DNA of 64,000 nucleotides, from positions 13,911 to 77,910 of the forward strand of contig JAADGJ010000010.1 of NCBI GenBank assembly GCA_013152435.1, given 5' to 3'. A program made the position numbers and the translations under genes. The notes under the pieces are model-generated. The model worked only from the letters and a program-made list of their open reading frames with translations, was not told the DNA's origin and searched no databases. The stretch comes from Chloroflexota bacterium. GTDB lineage: Bacteria > Chloroflexota > Anaerolineae > DUEN01. Of the stretch, positions 19,015-28,080 are shown in pieces (within the stretch, counting starts at the first letter, position 1; each line of letters opens with the position of its first letter).

Positions 19015-22000
19015 TCAGGGTGCCCCCAGGGGCAGTTCCCTGAGCATGGTCGGGAAGAAGGTCTGACGGTTGACATAGATATCGATGGCGTCGGAGGCGT
19101 GATTGCCGTCGTCATCGGTAACGGCGACGGTGATCCGGTGTCGCCCTAGGCTCAGTTGCGACGCCAGGATCTCCTGGCCGATGCCCAGATCCCCGTCACG
19201 ATCGGAGTGCCAGCTGTACGCCTCATCGGGCAGCGCCCCGTCCTCAGCGTCGTATCCGATCGCGCTGAGGAGGACCGAGGAGCCCAGGAACATCCCGGCC
19301 CCATCCTGAGGGGCCAGGATGGACACCCTGGGGGGCTTGGCTGGCACGGTGAACGGGCCGGTCATATCCTCCGCCGTGTTCACGCCATCGGTGATTCGGA
19401 CGCGCAACATCCCCTGCTGCGTCTCGGGCCACAGCGAGGTGTCCAACTCCACCTGCGTCTCCTTGATATCGATGGCAAGCGGCTCCCATGTCTCGCCGGC
19501 GTCGGCGCTGAAGTACACCGTGGCCGTGAGCGCATCACCGTCCGGGTCGGCCGTTTCCCAGGAGAGGGTGAGGGTGTCGGGCACGATATCTGGCACCGGA
19601 TCGAGGGTTACCGTCGGGGGATTGGGGCTGGCGGTCGTGGAGGTCAGCTCAGCGCCCTGATGGGCGATGACGATGCGGGTTGTGCGCGCGTCATAAGGCA
19701 CCCACACGGCGAAGGGTAGAGGGGCATCTTCGGTGTCGACCCCCGGTAGTGGGGTGAACGGCTGCTCGGCCAATACGGTGCCGTCGGCGGCCAGCAATCG
19801 AACGGCGTACTCGCCCTCCGATTCCCCCCAGGCCATGGCGCTCACCTCGGATGCCGGTAAACGCATCATGGGCAGCAGGGTGATCTGCTCAGTCCTCTGA
19901 TCTATCGCGCCCACCACCTCCAGGTATTCACCCTCTTGGGACGCAGGCTGCAACGGGGCGGGGGAGGGGGTGCCGCCTTGGAGGCGTTTCTTCAGCTTGC
20001 GAAAGGTGTAATCCGATATCCATCGGTTGAGCTGATAGGTCATAATGTCGGCGAAGACGGTCGGGTTCTTGATGAGAGGCGGGGAGAAGCCCGTGTCTAG
20101 CCCATAGTAATCCCGCTCGCCGCCCCGGCTCAGTTGGGTCCCGGGATAGGGATAAGGCTCATAAGGCCCCGCGGTGAGGCCATCGCTCACATGATGCATC
20201 CCCAGACAATGGGCGATCTCATGAGCAAAAGTGCCCCCTGTTCTCTCCGGGTCCTTTGGATGCACTTTGACCCAGCCGACGCGCCACTTGTCACTACAGA
20301 ACCCGTTGAACTTCCGGGTGTTCGTGGAATCCCGAACTACGGCCAGGGCGACGGTGTTCGGCCCCTTCACCAGGCTGCGCAGACGGATCAGTTGGGCCTG
20401 CATGACGCCCACGGTTCTGCCGAATTGGATCCAGGTTCGGTGGGGGTGCAGGGTGATCCTGCTGAGCGGGTACATGCGTTGGGCCACCAGGTGAATATGC
20501 TTATAGTCATTGTAGGAAAGCCCGTTCGTCTCCTGACAGTTGGTGGTGCAGCCGTCGCGCACCTGCACGATCTTAATATCCAGGGGCGGCGATGGTTCGA
20601 CTGTCATCGTGACGGTCCTGGTGTTGTTGTGCGAGGCCGGATCGCTGGTGCAGGGTGCGTCCACCTGTGCGGTGATCTCCAGGGTTCCCGACCTGGCCAC
20701 CCAGGACGGCGGAATCGGGCAGTAGAGGCCGCCGGTGATTGTATTGTTGCGGGCATATTTCTCACTTCCAGGATAAAACCGGATGACAGGGCTGTTGGCA
20801 CAAGGGACAGGGGCTGTTCCCAGAGAGACCCCATCTCGCTTCGCCCGTAGCCACCCACGCGTGGAGACGGTAACCTTGCGATCGCCCTTCGTATACAACC
20901 GCACATAGGTTCGCTTACCCGCGATCAGGGGTACATCGTTGTCCAGGTTCTGGATGCTCTGCGTCACCTCCATGTCGATGAGCTGAAGGTCCAGGACGGT
21001 GGGCCGGGGGACATATGCGGAGGGCGGGCATACCACCGGCGTCGGCGTCAGCGTTGGTGTGGGCGTTGGAGTCGGCGTCCACGTGGGCGTCGGGGTCGAG
21101 GTTGGCGTCGGGGTCGAGGTTGGCGTTGAGGTGGGCGTGGGCGTGGCCGAGTTGACGCGTGCGCTGAGACGATAGCGGTGAATGATGTCCCCGTCGACCT
21201 GGGGGCCGACCTCCAGGTAGAAATAGTCGCTCTTGGTAGGGAAGGTGTCGATCCGCAGGGTGTTGTTGATGGGAACTGTGGCGCAGTTCAGGCGGTTCCC
21301 GGTGCTCATATCCACCAGGCAGAGGAACATTTGGCCCTGGGAAGAGGTGTATGTCACCTCGGCGATCAGCCGATCCCCTTGATCCGCCTGCAAAACGAAC
21401 CAGTCCCGGTCACCGGGGGGACAGATGCTGAGGTTATCGTGCTCCTCGGTGTGATCGCGGGTGTTCCTCAATTCCCACGCCTTATAGTAGGGATCGTTGG
21501 GCTCCAGCCGATCCATCTGACAGTTGAACACCTGGGCCAGGATGGTATACGGCCTGCTCGTGTCGAAGTACCGGCCCTTTCCCGTGACCTGAACGTACCA
21601 GGTGCCGCTGCGGTCGGCGGTGAACCGGGCGAGCTCATCCGGGGTGCCGCTCAGGACCGAGGAGGTGGCCCGGGTCCGATCCGGGCGGTACAGGAAGAGA
21701 TCATAGTCCTGAGGCAGATCGTAAAGTTGGACTTTCATGGTCTGGCTGATGCTGATGGATGGGAGCAGCCAGTAGTCCTGATCGGCGACGGCACAAATAT
21801 AGCTGACCGTGGGAGCGTCCACGATGGACCAGAAGGCCTCGTCAAAGGTGTCGTTGGGCTCCCAGGGATCGGGACACCCGGGATAGCGCGGCGTAGCCGT
21901 TGGCGTCGGGGTGGGCGTAGGCGTGGCCGTGGCCAGATTCGTCCCGCATGCGGTCAGGCGCACGTTATCCAGGAAGAACCGGGTGAGGTTCTGGGCGTTG

Positions 22001-22941
22001 GTCGTGGCTGTGAAGCGGAGGGTATCAAAGCCGCTCAGGTACGGGGTCAGATCCGTTGAAAAGCTACCCTGTCCCGGATCGCCGATATGTCGCGTGATCT
22101 GGGTGAACTGGCCGGTAGAGCCGTTCTCGAGGACGACATCCAATGTGTCTCCGGCATCACTGGGGCCGTCTATCAGGAGGTCATACGTCAGCGTCAGGCG
22201 GGTGGTGTTGAGCGGCAGGGTAAAGGTCTGCCTCAGGTGGCTGGTCTGGCTATCTCCGTGGCTGAGCAGCGCACTGTATACCCCATCGCTGGCCCATTCT
22301 GCGGTGATGGGATCCGGGATATCGGCGGTGCTGGTCCACTGCCACGCGAGCAGCCCGACCTCAAAGGAGCCATTCGTCAGGATCTGGGTGCACGTCTCGC
22401 CGGGGCCGGATGTGGGTGTGGGTGTGGGGGTAGGGGTAGGGGTATCCGTGGCCTGGCTCGCGGCTGTAACGCGAAGGGTGTAAGGGTTGACGAGCTCTCC
22501 TTCGGTGCCATGGACGAGGGCGTAGTGGGTGCCGCTCTCCTGAGCCGTGTAGATGATTTGCTCCGGTGTGTCACCCGGATTCGTGGAGCTGGCGATGAGC
22601 GTCTCCCCTGGGTCGTACAGATCCAGATCGCTGTTCAGCTCCATGTTGTATAGATCGATCACCACCTGCTGGCCGGCGTCGAGATAGAAGCGGTAATAGT
22701 CGAGGTCGTCGGAGTTGCAGACGTAGGCGGCGTACTCCGCGTCGAATTCCACGTCGGTCGCCTGGGTGAACCAATCGTTGGGCTCGTAGGGATCGGGACA
22801 CTCCGAGGGCAGGGCAATGTTGGCGGCGCCACGGTACCCGAAAGCCGGTACCTGATGACCCCCGTTCAGGGCGATCATGATGAACACCAGCATCGAGAGC
22901 GGGATGATCATCATGATATGGGATAACGCCCGCTGTGCCAT
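19015..22941 (-). CDS. Giant secreted metzincin-type zinc metalloprotease, paralog of 10829..15961 (about 1308 aa from Met at 22941).
   Basis: Signal peptide MAQRALSHIMMIIPLSMLVFIMIALNG; three PPC domains; a CBM-like middle domain; multiple TPTPTP linkers; metzincin motif HEIAHCLGMHH (20191..20223) plus Met-turn DIMTY; C-terminal Ig-like domains aligning with the paralog. It ends ...RQTFFPTMLRELPLGAP. The upstream 42-codon extension in the track is rejected because it would overlap the gene that ends at 22956. Confidence 0.85.
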   Translation of the reverse strand: MAQRALSHIMMIIPLSMLVFIMIALNGGHQVPAFGYRGAANIALPSECPDPYEPNDWFTQATDVEFDAEYAAYVCNSDDLDYYRFYLDAGQQVVIDLYNMELNSDLDLYDPGETLIASSTNPGDTPEQIIYTAQESGTHYALVHGTEGELVNPYTLRVTAASQATDTPTPTPTPTPTSGPGETCTQILTNGSFEVGLLAWQWTSTADIPDPITAEWASDGVYSALLSHGDSQTSHLRQTFTLPLNTTRLTLTYDLLIDGPSDAGDTLDVVLENGSTGQFTQITRHIGDPGQGSFSTDLTPYLSGFDTLRFTATTNAQNLTRFFLDNVRLTACGTNLATATPTPTPTPTATPRYPGCPDPWEPNDTFDEAFWSIVDAPTVSYICAVADQDYWLLPSISISQTMKVQLYDLPQDYDLFLYRPDRTRATSSVLSGTPDELARFTADRSGTWYVQVTGKGRYFDTSRPYTILAQVFNCQMDRLEPNDPYYKAWELRNTRDHTEEHDNLSICPPGDRDWFVLQADQGDRLIAEVTYTSSQGQMFLCLVDMSTGNRLNCATVPINNTLRIDTFPTKSDYFYLEVGPQVDGDIIHRYRLSARVNSATPTPTSTPTSTPTPTSTPTPTWTPTPTPTPTLTPTPVVCPPSAYVPRPTVLDLQLIDMEVTQSIQNLDNDVPLIAGKRTYVRLYTKGDRKVTVSTRGWLRAKRDGVSLGTAPVPCANSPVIRFYPGSEKYARNNTITGGLYCPIPPSWVARSGTLEITAQVDAPCTSDPASHNNTRTVTMTVEPSPPLDIKIVQVRDGCTTNCQETNGLSYNDYKHIHLVAQRMYPLSRITLHPHRTWIQFGRTVGVMQAQLIRLRSLVKGPNTVALAVVRDSTNTRKFNGFCSDKWRVGWVKVHPKDPERTGGTFAHEIAHCLGMHHVSDGLTAGPYEPYPYPGTQLSRGGERDYYGLDTGFSPPLIKNPTVFADIMTYQLNRWISDYTFRKLKKRLQGGTPSPAPLQPASQEGEYLEVVGAIDQRTEQITLLPMMRLPASEVSAMAWGESEGEYAVRLLAADGTVLAEQPFTPLPGVDTEDAPLPFAVWVPYDARTTRIVIAHQGAELTSTTASPNPPTVTLDPVPDIVPDTLTLSWETADPDGDALTATVYFSADAGETWEPLAIDIKETQVELDTSLWPETQQGMLRVRITDGVNTAEDMTGPFTVPAKPPRVSILAPQDGAGMFLGSSVLLSAIGYDAEDGALPDEAYSWHSDRDGDLGIGQEILASQLSLGRHRITVAVTDDDGNHASDAIDIYVNRQTFFPTMLRELPLGAP
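21036..21150 (-). repeat. Hexanucleotide (GGCGTN)n coding repeat specifying a Thr-Pro linker.
   Basis: Runs of ggcgtc/ggcgtg/ggggtc on the plus strand, which are ACGCCN on the coding strand and give TPTPTSTPTPT. Smaller copies lie at about 21891..21935 and 22401..22450. Confidence 0.8.
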
Positions 22942-22955
22942 AATGTCCCTCCCCG

Positions 22956-24017
22956 CTACATGTGCAGGAGCACCGGCAGGTAGATCTTGATGTGGCCTGG
23001 CATCCCCGTTGGTGTGGGCGTCGGCGTCACGATGGCCAGGCGGAGGGCGTAGGGAGTGGCGCTCCACGCGTTTTGAGGGGCGAAAACGCCAGCGATGTAG
23101 TTGTTCCAGCTGGGAACATAGTGCTCCACATGCTCGGGTGTGGTGGCAGGCTGCCTCGATGCGGCTACCGGGGTGGCCTTCCCAGGCTCCCAGAGGAGGA
23201 GATCATAATTCTCAGGCAGGTTGGTTAGATCCAGGATCACGACGTTCCCGCCGGTCACATAGAAGCTGTAGTAATCCTCGTCTCCCTGAGGACAGATGTA
23301 TGCCTGAATCTGCCCCGGCGAGATGGGCGCCGCGTTAAACCCATCGTCATTGGGTTCATAGGCGTCGGGCGGACATATCGACGTAGGCGTGAGCGTGGGA
23401 GTTGGTGTGGGCGTGGGCGTGCTCGTCGGCGTGGGAGTTGGCGTTGATGTGGGCGTGTTCGTCGCTGTCGGGGTCGGCGTCGGCGTCGGTGTGAGCACCG
23501 CCACCTGTAGCGTATAGGGATTCACGCTCCACACACCACCATAACCGAAGACGTTCGCCCGGTATCCCCCGGTTTGGGAGGCTACATGCTCGATGTGCTC
23601 GGAGGTGGTGCCGGTGTTCTGGGAACGGGCGGTCAGATATCCTGAGGGGTCCCAGAGAAAGAGATCGAAGTCATCCGGCAAATTGGTTAGATCCAGTCGA
23701 ATCGTATCCCCGGCGGTAACGGAGAACTGAAAATAATCCTCGTCTCCCTGAGGGCAGATGACCGCCTCCCATAATCCTGGGGAGATCGAGTAAGCCGTGC
23801 TGAAGGTGTCGTTGGGCTCAAAGGGATCGTAGGGGCAGTCCTGAGTCTGGAACGCCGGGGCCGGGGCGGGCGCTCGCAGGGGATCCGAAAGGGTCGATCC
23901 TGCCGAGCGTCCGGAGAGCATGATCCAGAGCGGGAAGAGGAGAAGCAAAGGGATCAGCGAGTGCCCGGATTTCAAAATCGGATTCCGTGATATGGGGTGC
24001 TGACGTGGAGGTGCCAT
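22956..24017 (-). CDS. Small secreted protein with two PPC (pre-peptidase C-terminal-type) domains joined by a long TP linker.
   Basis: Signal peptide from Met at 24017 (MAPPRQHPISRNPILKSGHSLIPLLLLFPLWIMLSG). Two copies of the YEPND...ICPQGDEDYY.F module. C-terminus ...GHIKIYLPVLLHM. RBS AAGGAGAGGG. Confidence 0.75.
   Translation of the reverse strand: MAPPRQHPISRNPILKSGHSLIPLLLLFPLWIMLSGRSAGSTLSDPLRAPAPAPAFQTQDCPYDPFEPNDTFSTAYSISPGLWEAVICPQGDEDYFQFSVTAGDTIRLDLTNLPDDFDLFLWDPSGYLTARSQNTGTTSEHIEHVASQTGGYRANVFGYGGVWSVNPYTLQVAVLTPTPTPTPTATNTPTSTPTPTPTSTPTPTPTPTLTPTSICPPDAYEPNDDGFNAAPISPGQIQAYICPQGDEDYYSFYVTGGNVVILDLTNLPENYDLLLWEPGKATPVAASRQPATTPEHVEHYVPSWNNYIAGVFAPQNAWSATPYALRLAIVTPTPTPTGMPGHIKIYLPVLLHM
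23385..23500 (-). repeat. Hexanucleotide coding repeat for a 40-residue Thr-Pro linker.
   Basis: (GGCGTN/GGTGTG)n on the plus strand, giving TPTPTPTATNTPTSTPTPTPTSTPTPTPTPTLTPT. Confidence 0.8.
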
Positions 24018-24046
24018 GATCCCTCTCCTTATCTTCAGAGGTGGAG

Positions 24047-25876
24047 CTATCTCATGACATGCGGGATATAGATCTTCCGAGCTCCATTGGATCCAGATGC
24101 GTCCGTTCCCCAATCCGGGTATGCCGCGCGGCCGTCGGTGGTGACGGGCCACAGCTCCACCGGGTTCTCCAGGTTGAGAATCCACAGATCGCGCCCGTTG
24201 ACCGTGCGGCGATCGAACATGAGATACTTCCCATCGGGAGAGACCGTGGGTGAATGCACGGGATCGGCGAGGAGCTGTTCCGTGTATCGATATAGGTTCA
24301 GCTGGGTCAGCGGCTGTACCTGCCCGGTGGAGAATCGATACAGGTAGAAGTTAAGCCCGTCCGTGTAAACGAAGCCGGAGCCATCCGGCAGCCAGGCCAG
24401 TTCCTGGGTGGAGATCCCGGTGCTCACCGCGTTCACCAGCAGGGTGCCCTGGCCGCCGCCCTCCGTGGTTTGGTAGATCCCCGCGTATGAGGCGTAGAGC
24501 AGGGTGCCGTCCCCCTGGGGAGACCAGGAGAAATCGCTCACCCCTCGGGCGTTGGTGGTGAAGGGATCCCCCAGCAGCCCGCCCAGGGTCACCGTCTGGG
24601 CCACGCCGTTGACCGAGAAGCCGATGAGCGCTCCATCCGGCCTCCAGGAGGGATTGCTGGGCTCGATGGCCTGGCAATCATCGGGGACGAAGTTCAGCGT
24701 GCCCACGCTCGTCGTCTTGCCTGCGCGCACGTCCACCATCCCCCCGGCGAAGGTATACAGCCCCTGGCTGCATTTGCTGTCCATCCAGATGAGGACGATG
24801 TACTGCAACGTGCCCGACCCCAGGTCTGCCACATTGGGGACGACGAAGGAGGCCGTGCTGTTGGGGCCGAGGGGGCCGAGCGCGATGGGTGTAGCCGCTC
24901 CCTGCACGTAGATTGAGGCGGCGGTGATCTGCCGGTTGCTGTTGTTGTGGACGACGCCGCTCACCGTGCCTCGGCCATAGCCGCCGCTTTGCATGTCCGC
25001 GTGGGAGGGTGGGTTGGTCACACGGCGCACACGTCCATCGCTCACACGAACGCGATATACATCCACGTGGAAGCGGGAGTAACCCGCCTCGTGATCGCTG
25101 GTGAACGCGATCTCCGAGCCGCCTGGTCTCCAGGCCAGGCCGAAGATCTTTCCCTTGCCGGCGACGGGATATGTCCAGAGGACGTGGCGGTTGCTGCCGT
25201 CGGGGTTCATCCAGCCGATGGTGTAGCGCCCGCTGTGATCCACCCCCCGGTAGGCGACGCGCCCGCTCAGCTGTGGATACACCATCTCACCGCTGAGTTT
25301 GAGGGATACATTGTCCACATAGGCCTGGAACGCGTCGTGTTGGTTGAGGACCAGTTGGATGAGGAGATAGACGCGCTGTTTGGCCTGGTGCGCGGCCTGA
25401 ATCGCGGCCACCTCGCCGTCGCTCAGAGTGTGTTGGAAACGCTGCCAGCCTGTGTCGCCGGTCACTACGGGGGTCACCTGCCAGGAGGTGATCTCGGTGG
25501 CCTGGGTGCCGTCGTGCTTGATGAAGCCGGCGACGAGCCGGCCGCCATAGGCGCCATAAGTGCCGGGCACCATACGATAGTCGAAGGAGACGGTAGCCGC
25601 GGTGGTGCGGGTGGGCAGGTAGATCTCCTGCCAAGCGCTCGCCGGCCCTCGGCTCAAAAAGGTCTTGAGGACGAGGACCGGGTCGGTGCCCACCCCTACG
25701 CTCTCCGTGGTGGTCACCTCGTTCCATCCCCAATCGTCCAGCCGGGCGTCAAAGGTGCCGTTGCGGATGAACTCGCGGTTGGTGAACGTCTCCCCGCCCG
25801 CGGCGAACGCTTGCATCGGCGTGACAATCGTGCTCATGATCAGGCACAAAAGCGCCCACGGGATGTATCTTTGCAT
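24047..25876 (-). CDS. Secreted protein with an N-terminal CBM-like jelly-roll domain and a TolB/WD40-like beta-propeller (609 aa).
   Basis: Signal peptide MQRYIPWALLCLIMSTIVTPMQAFA. The N-terminal segment matches the CBM4/9-like pattern (NGTFD...WGW). Propeller blades WRPGG, WSPQGDG, VSPDGKY. It ends ...GARKIYIPHVMR. Confidence 0.7.
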   Translation of the reverse strand: MQRYIPWALLCLIMSTIVTPMQAFAAGGETFTNREFIRNGTFDARLDDWGWNEVTTTESVGVGTDPVLVLKTFLSRGPASAWQEIYLPTRTTAATVSFDYRMVPGTYGAYGGRLVAGFIKHDGTQATEITSWQVTPVVTGDTGWQRFQHTLSDGEVAAIQAAHQAKQRVYLLIQLVLNQHDAFQAYVDNVSLKLSGEMVYPQLSGRVAYRGVDHSGRYTIGWMNPDGSNRHVLWTYPVAGKGKIFGLAWRPGGSEIAFTSDHEAGYSRFHVDVYRVRVSDGRVRRVTNPPSHADMQSGGYGRGTVSGVVHNNSNRQITAASIYVQGAATPIALGPLGPNSTASFVVPNVADLGSGTLQYIVLIWMDSKCSQGLYTFAGGMVDVRAGKTTSVGTLNFVPDDCQAIEPSNPSWRPDGALIGFSVNGVAQTVTLGGLLGDPFTTNARGVSDFSWSPQGDGTLLYASYAGIYQTTEGGGQGTLLVNAVSTGISTQELAWLPDGSGFVYTDGLNFYLYRFSTGQVQPLTQLNLYRYTEQLLADPVHSPTVSPDGKYLMFDRRTVNGRDLWILNLENPVELWPVTTDGRAAYPDWGTDASGSNGARKIYIPHVMR

Positions 25877-25919
25877 AGACGGATTCTCCTAGGGTCGCTG
25901 CAAGAAAGCGACAGAACCG

Positions 25920-27950
25920 TTATTGCCGCCGTATGATGGGCAGATAGATGTGCCGCGAAGGCGTCGGGGGGGCGGCTCCGCCGCTCAGCGCGATCGTAAG
26001 GGAGTAGGTCTGGTTGGCGCTGAAACCTGCGTAGGAAGTGACCGTGACGTAATAGAAGCCGCTCCCGGTCGCCACGTGTTCAATACGCTCGTCAGCATTG
26101 CCCGAGTTGGTAGAGGTGGCCACCTGGTTCTGACCAGGATCGCTCAGCCACAGATCGTAATCCGTGTTGGCGGGGATGTTCGTCAGGTCGATGATGATGC
26201 GCTGGCCCGCACTCGCGTTGAATTTGAAGTAATCGATGTCCTGATCGGAGCAAATGGCTGCTCGCAGGGTGGTTCCGGGCGTGATGCTGCGGGCCTGGCT
26301 GAAGTTGTCGTTGGGCTCGTAGGCGTCCGCACAGGCGAGCCTGGGCAAGACCGCCAGAACGGAGCCAAAGCTATCCCATTCTTCGGCTTGGTCTTCGATG
26401 CCATGGCTGTCTTGCGTCCACCACTGATTGTTTTGTGCGGTCAGGCCCTGAGTTGAGCCGTAGATGACCTGCACGGCTCCCGCGTTCTGGGTGTTGCCCA
26501 GATCTTCATAAGGGACGCCAACTGCGAGATCATCGTAGCCATCCCAATTGAAATCGCCCGCGGCCAGGGATTGCCCGAAGCTGTCGTTCGCCTTGGCCCC
26601 GTCGTTGTTCAGGCCGGGGGAGCCCTGATACCATAGCTGGGAACCGGAATCTGTCAGCCCTTGGTCGGTGCCGTAGATGATGATCACAGCTCCCGTATCG
26701 TTCACACTATTCATTTCTTCGTCGCGGACGCCTACGGCCAGGTCGTCGTATCCATCGCCGTCGAAATCGCCCGCGGCCAGGGCATAGCCGAATTCTTCAT
26801 CCTCTTCCGCGCGGTCCGGCAAATTGCCCGTGTCCTGCGTCCACCGCTGGTCGGGTGTGGCGAGGCCCTTGCTTGAGCCGTAGAGGACGTGCACAACGCC
26901 GGCTTCGCTCACCTTCCCGGCATCTTCGTTATGCGCTCCGATGGCCAGGTCGTCGTATCCATCGCCATCGAAATCACCCACGGCCAACGCCTCGCCGAAA
27001 TCGACATCCTCCTTCGGCTGGCCTGAGATGCCGTTATCGCTTTGATTGAACAGTTGATTACCTGTGGCCGTAAGCCCCTGTGCAGAGCCATATATCACCT
27101 GCACTGCGCCGGCGTTGGGCTCGCCCGTCACTTCCTCACCACGAATACCGATCGCCAGGTCGGCATACCCATCACCATTGAAGTCGCCAGAGGCCAGAGC
27201 GTCGCCGAAGAAGTCCCCATCACTGGCCTCCCCCAACATGCCGGGACTATCCTGATGCCACATCTGGTTGCCTGTGGCGGTCAGACCCTGGGCCGACCCG
27301 TAGAGGATGTGCACCACCCCCAGTGCGTCGGCGTTGTCGGCCTGGAAGCCCTCCGATGGATTGCTGATGGCCAGGTCCGTGTAGCCATCGCCATTGAAAT
27401 CGCCCGCGGCCAGGGCTTCACCGAAACTGTCGTAGTCTTCGACGCTATCGAGCACGCCCGGCGAGTTCTGGTCCCAAAGCTCACTGCGTTGCCCCACGCC
27501 GGTGGCTGATCCGTACAGGACGATGACCGCGCCGCCCTTCTTGCCCCCGGCTGGGGTCTCTCCATAGGCGCCGATGGCCAAATCAGGATAGCCATCGCCA
27601 TTGAAATCGCCCGCGGCCAGGGCGTTGCCGAAGAAGTCCCCTTTTTCCGCGTTCTCGGGGATGCCGGGGCTATCCTGGGTCCAGAATTGGCTGCCGGTGG
27701 CCGTGAGACCGGCGTTGGATCCGGGAATGGCATGAACGGCCCCGGCCATACTGACGTTGCCGACGGCCTCAGAGTCCACACCCACCACCAGGCCGTCCTG
27801 GAAGGTAAATCGGGGTGCGTTCGTTGCAACAGGCTGAGTCGGAGAGAGGAGAGTGCTACCGACCGCCACGCGCGCACCGAAGATCAGGATCACCATGCAG
27901 AGGGTGACCGAGACAGCGCCGATAAAGTGAATCCGTCCTTTTCGTGTCAT
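25920..27950 (-). CDS. Secreted FG-GAP (integrin-alpha-like) repeat protein with a C-terminal PPC domain.
   Basis: About 8 repeats of GDFNGDGY(A/D)DLAIG. Then the PPC module CADAYEPNDNF...ICSDQDIDYFKF. It ends ...RHIYLPIIRRQ. Start ATG 27950 has a GGGAGG RBS; the track's upstream start at 28001 is rejected. Confidence 0.8.
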   Translation of the reverse strand: MTRKGRIHFIGAVSVTLCMVILIFGARVAVGSTLLSPTQPVATNAPRFTFQDGLVVGVDSEAVGNVSMAGAVHAIPGSNAGLTATGSQFWTQDSPGIPENAEKGDFFGNALAAGDFNGDGYPDLAIGAYGETPAGGKKGGAVIVLYGSATGVGQRSELWDQNSPGVLDSVEDYDSFGEALAAGDFNGDGYTDLAISNPSEGFQADNADALGVVHILYGSAQGLTATGNQMWHQDSPGMLGEASDGDFFGDALASGDFNGDGYADLAIGIRGEEVTGEPNAGAVQVIYGSAQGLTATGNQLFNQSDNGISGQPKEDVDFGEALAVGDFDGDGYDDLAIGAHNEDAGKVSEAGVVHVLYGSSKGLATPDQRWTQDTGNLPDRAEEDEEFGYALAAGDFDGDGYDDLAVGVRDEEMNSVNDTGAVIIIYGTDQGLTDSGSQLWYQGSPGLNNDGAKANDSFGQSLAAGDFNWDGYDDLAVGVPYEDLGNTQNAGAVQVIYGSTQGLTAQNNQWWTQDSHGIEDQAEEWDSFGSVLAVLPRLACADAYEPNDNFSQARSITPGTTLRAAICSDQDIDYFKFNASAGQRIIIDLTNIPANTDYDLWLSDPGQNQVATSTNSGNADERIEHVATGSGFYYVTVTSYAGFSANQTYSLTIALSGGAAPPTPSRHIYLPIIRRQ

Positions 27951-28080
27951 CTTGCCTCCCTGCCTTGAAAACAGGTTCTCCGACCGATTCTCGTGGTTCA
28001 CGGCGTCCCGTTAGGGGCACGGTGACTGTCATCAAAAGAGATGCCTTTCCCTTGCTCTTGCCGTCTACCGTCTGCCGGAT

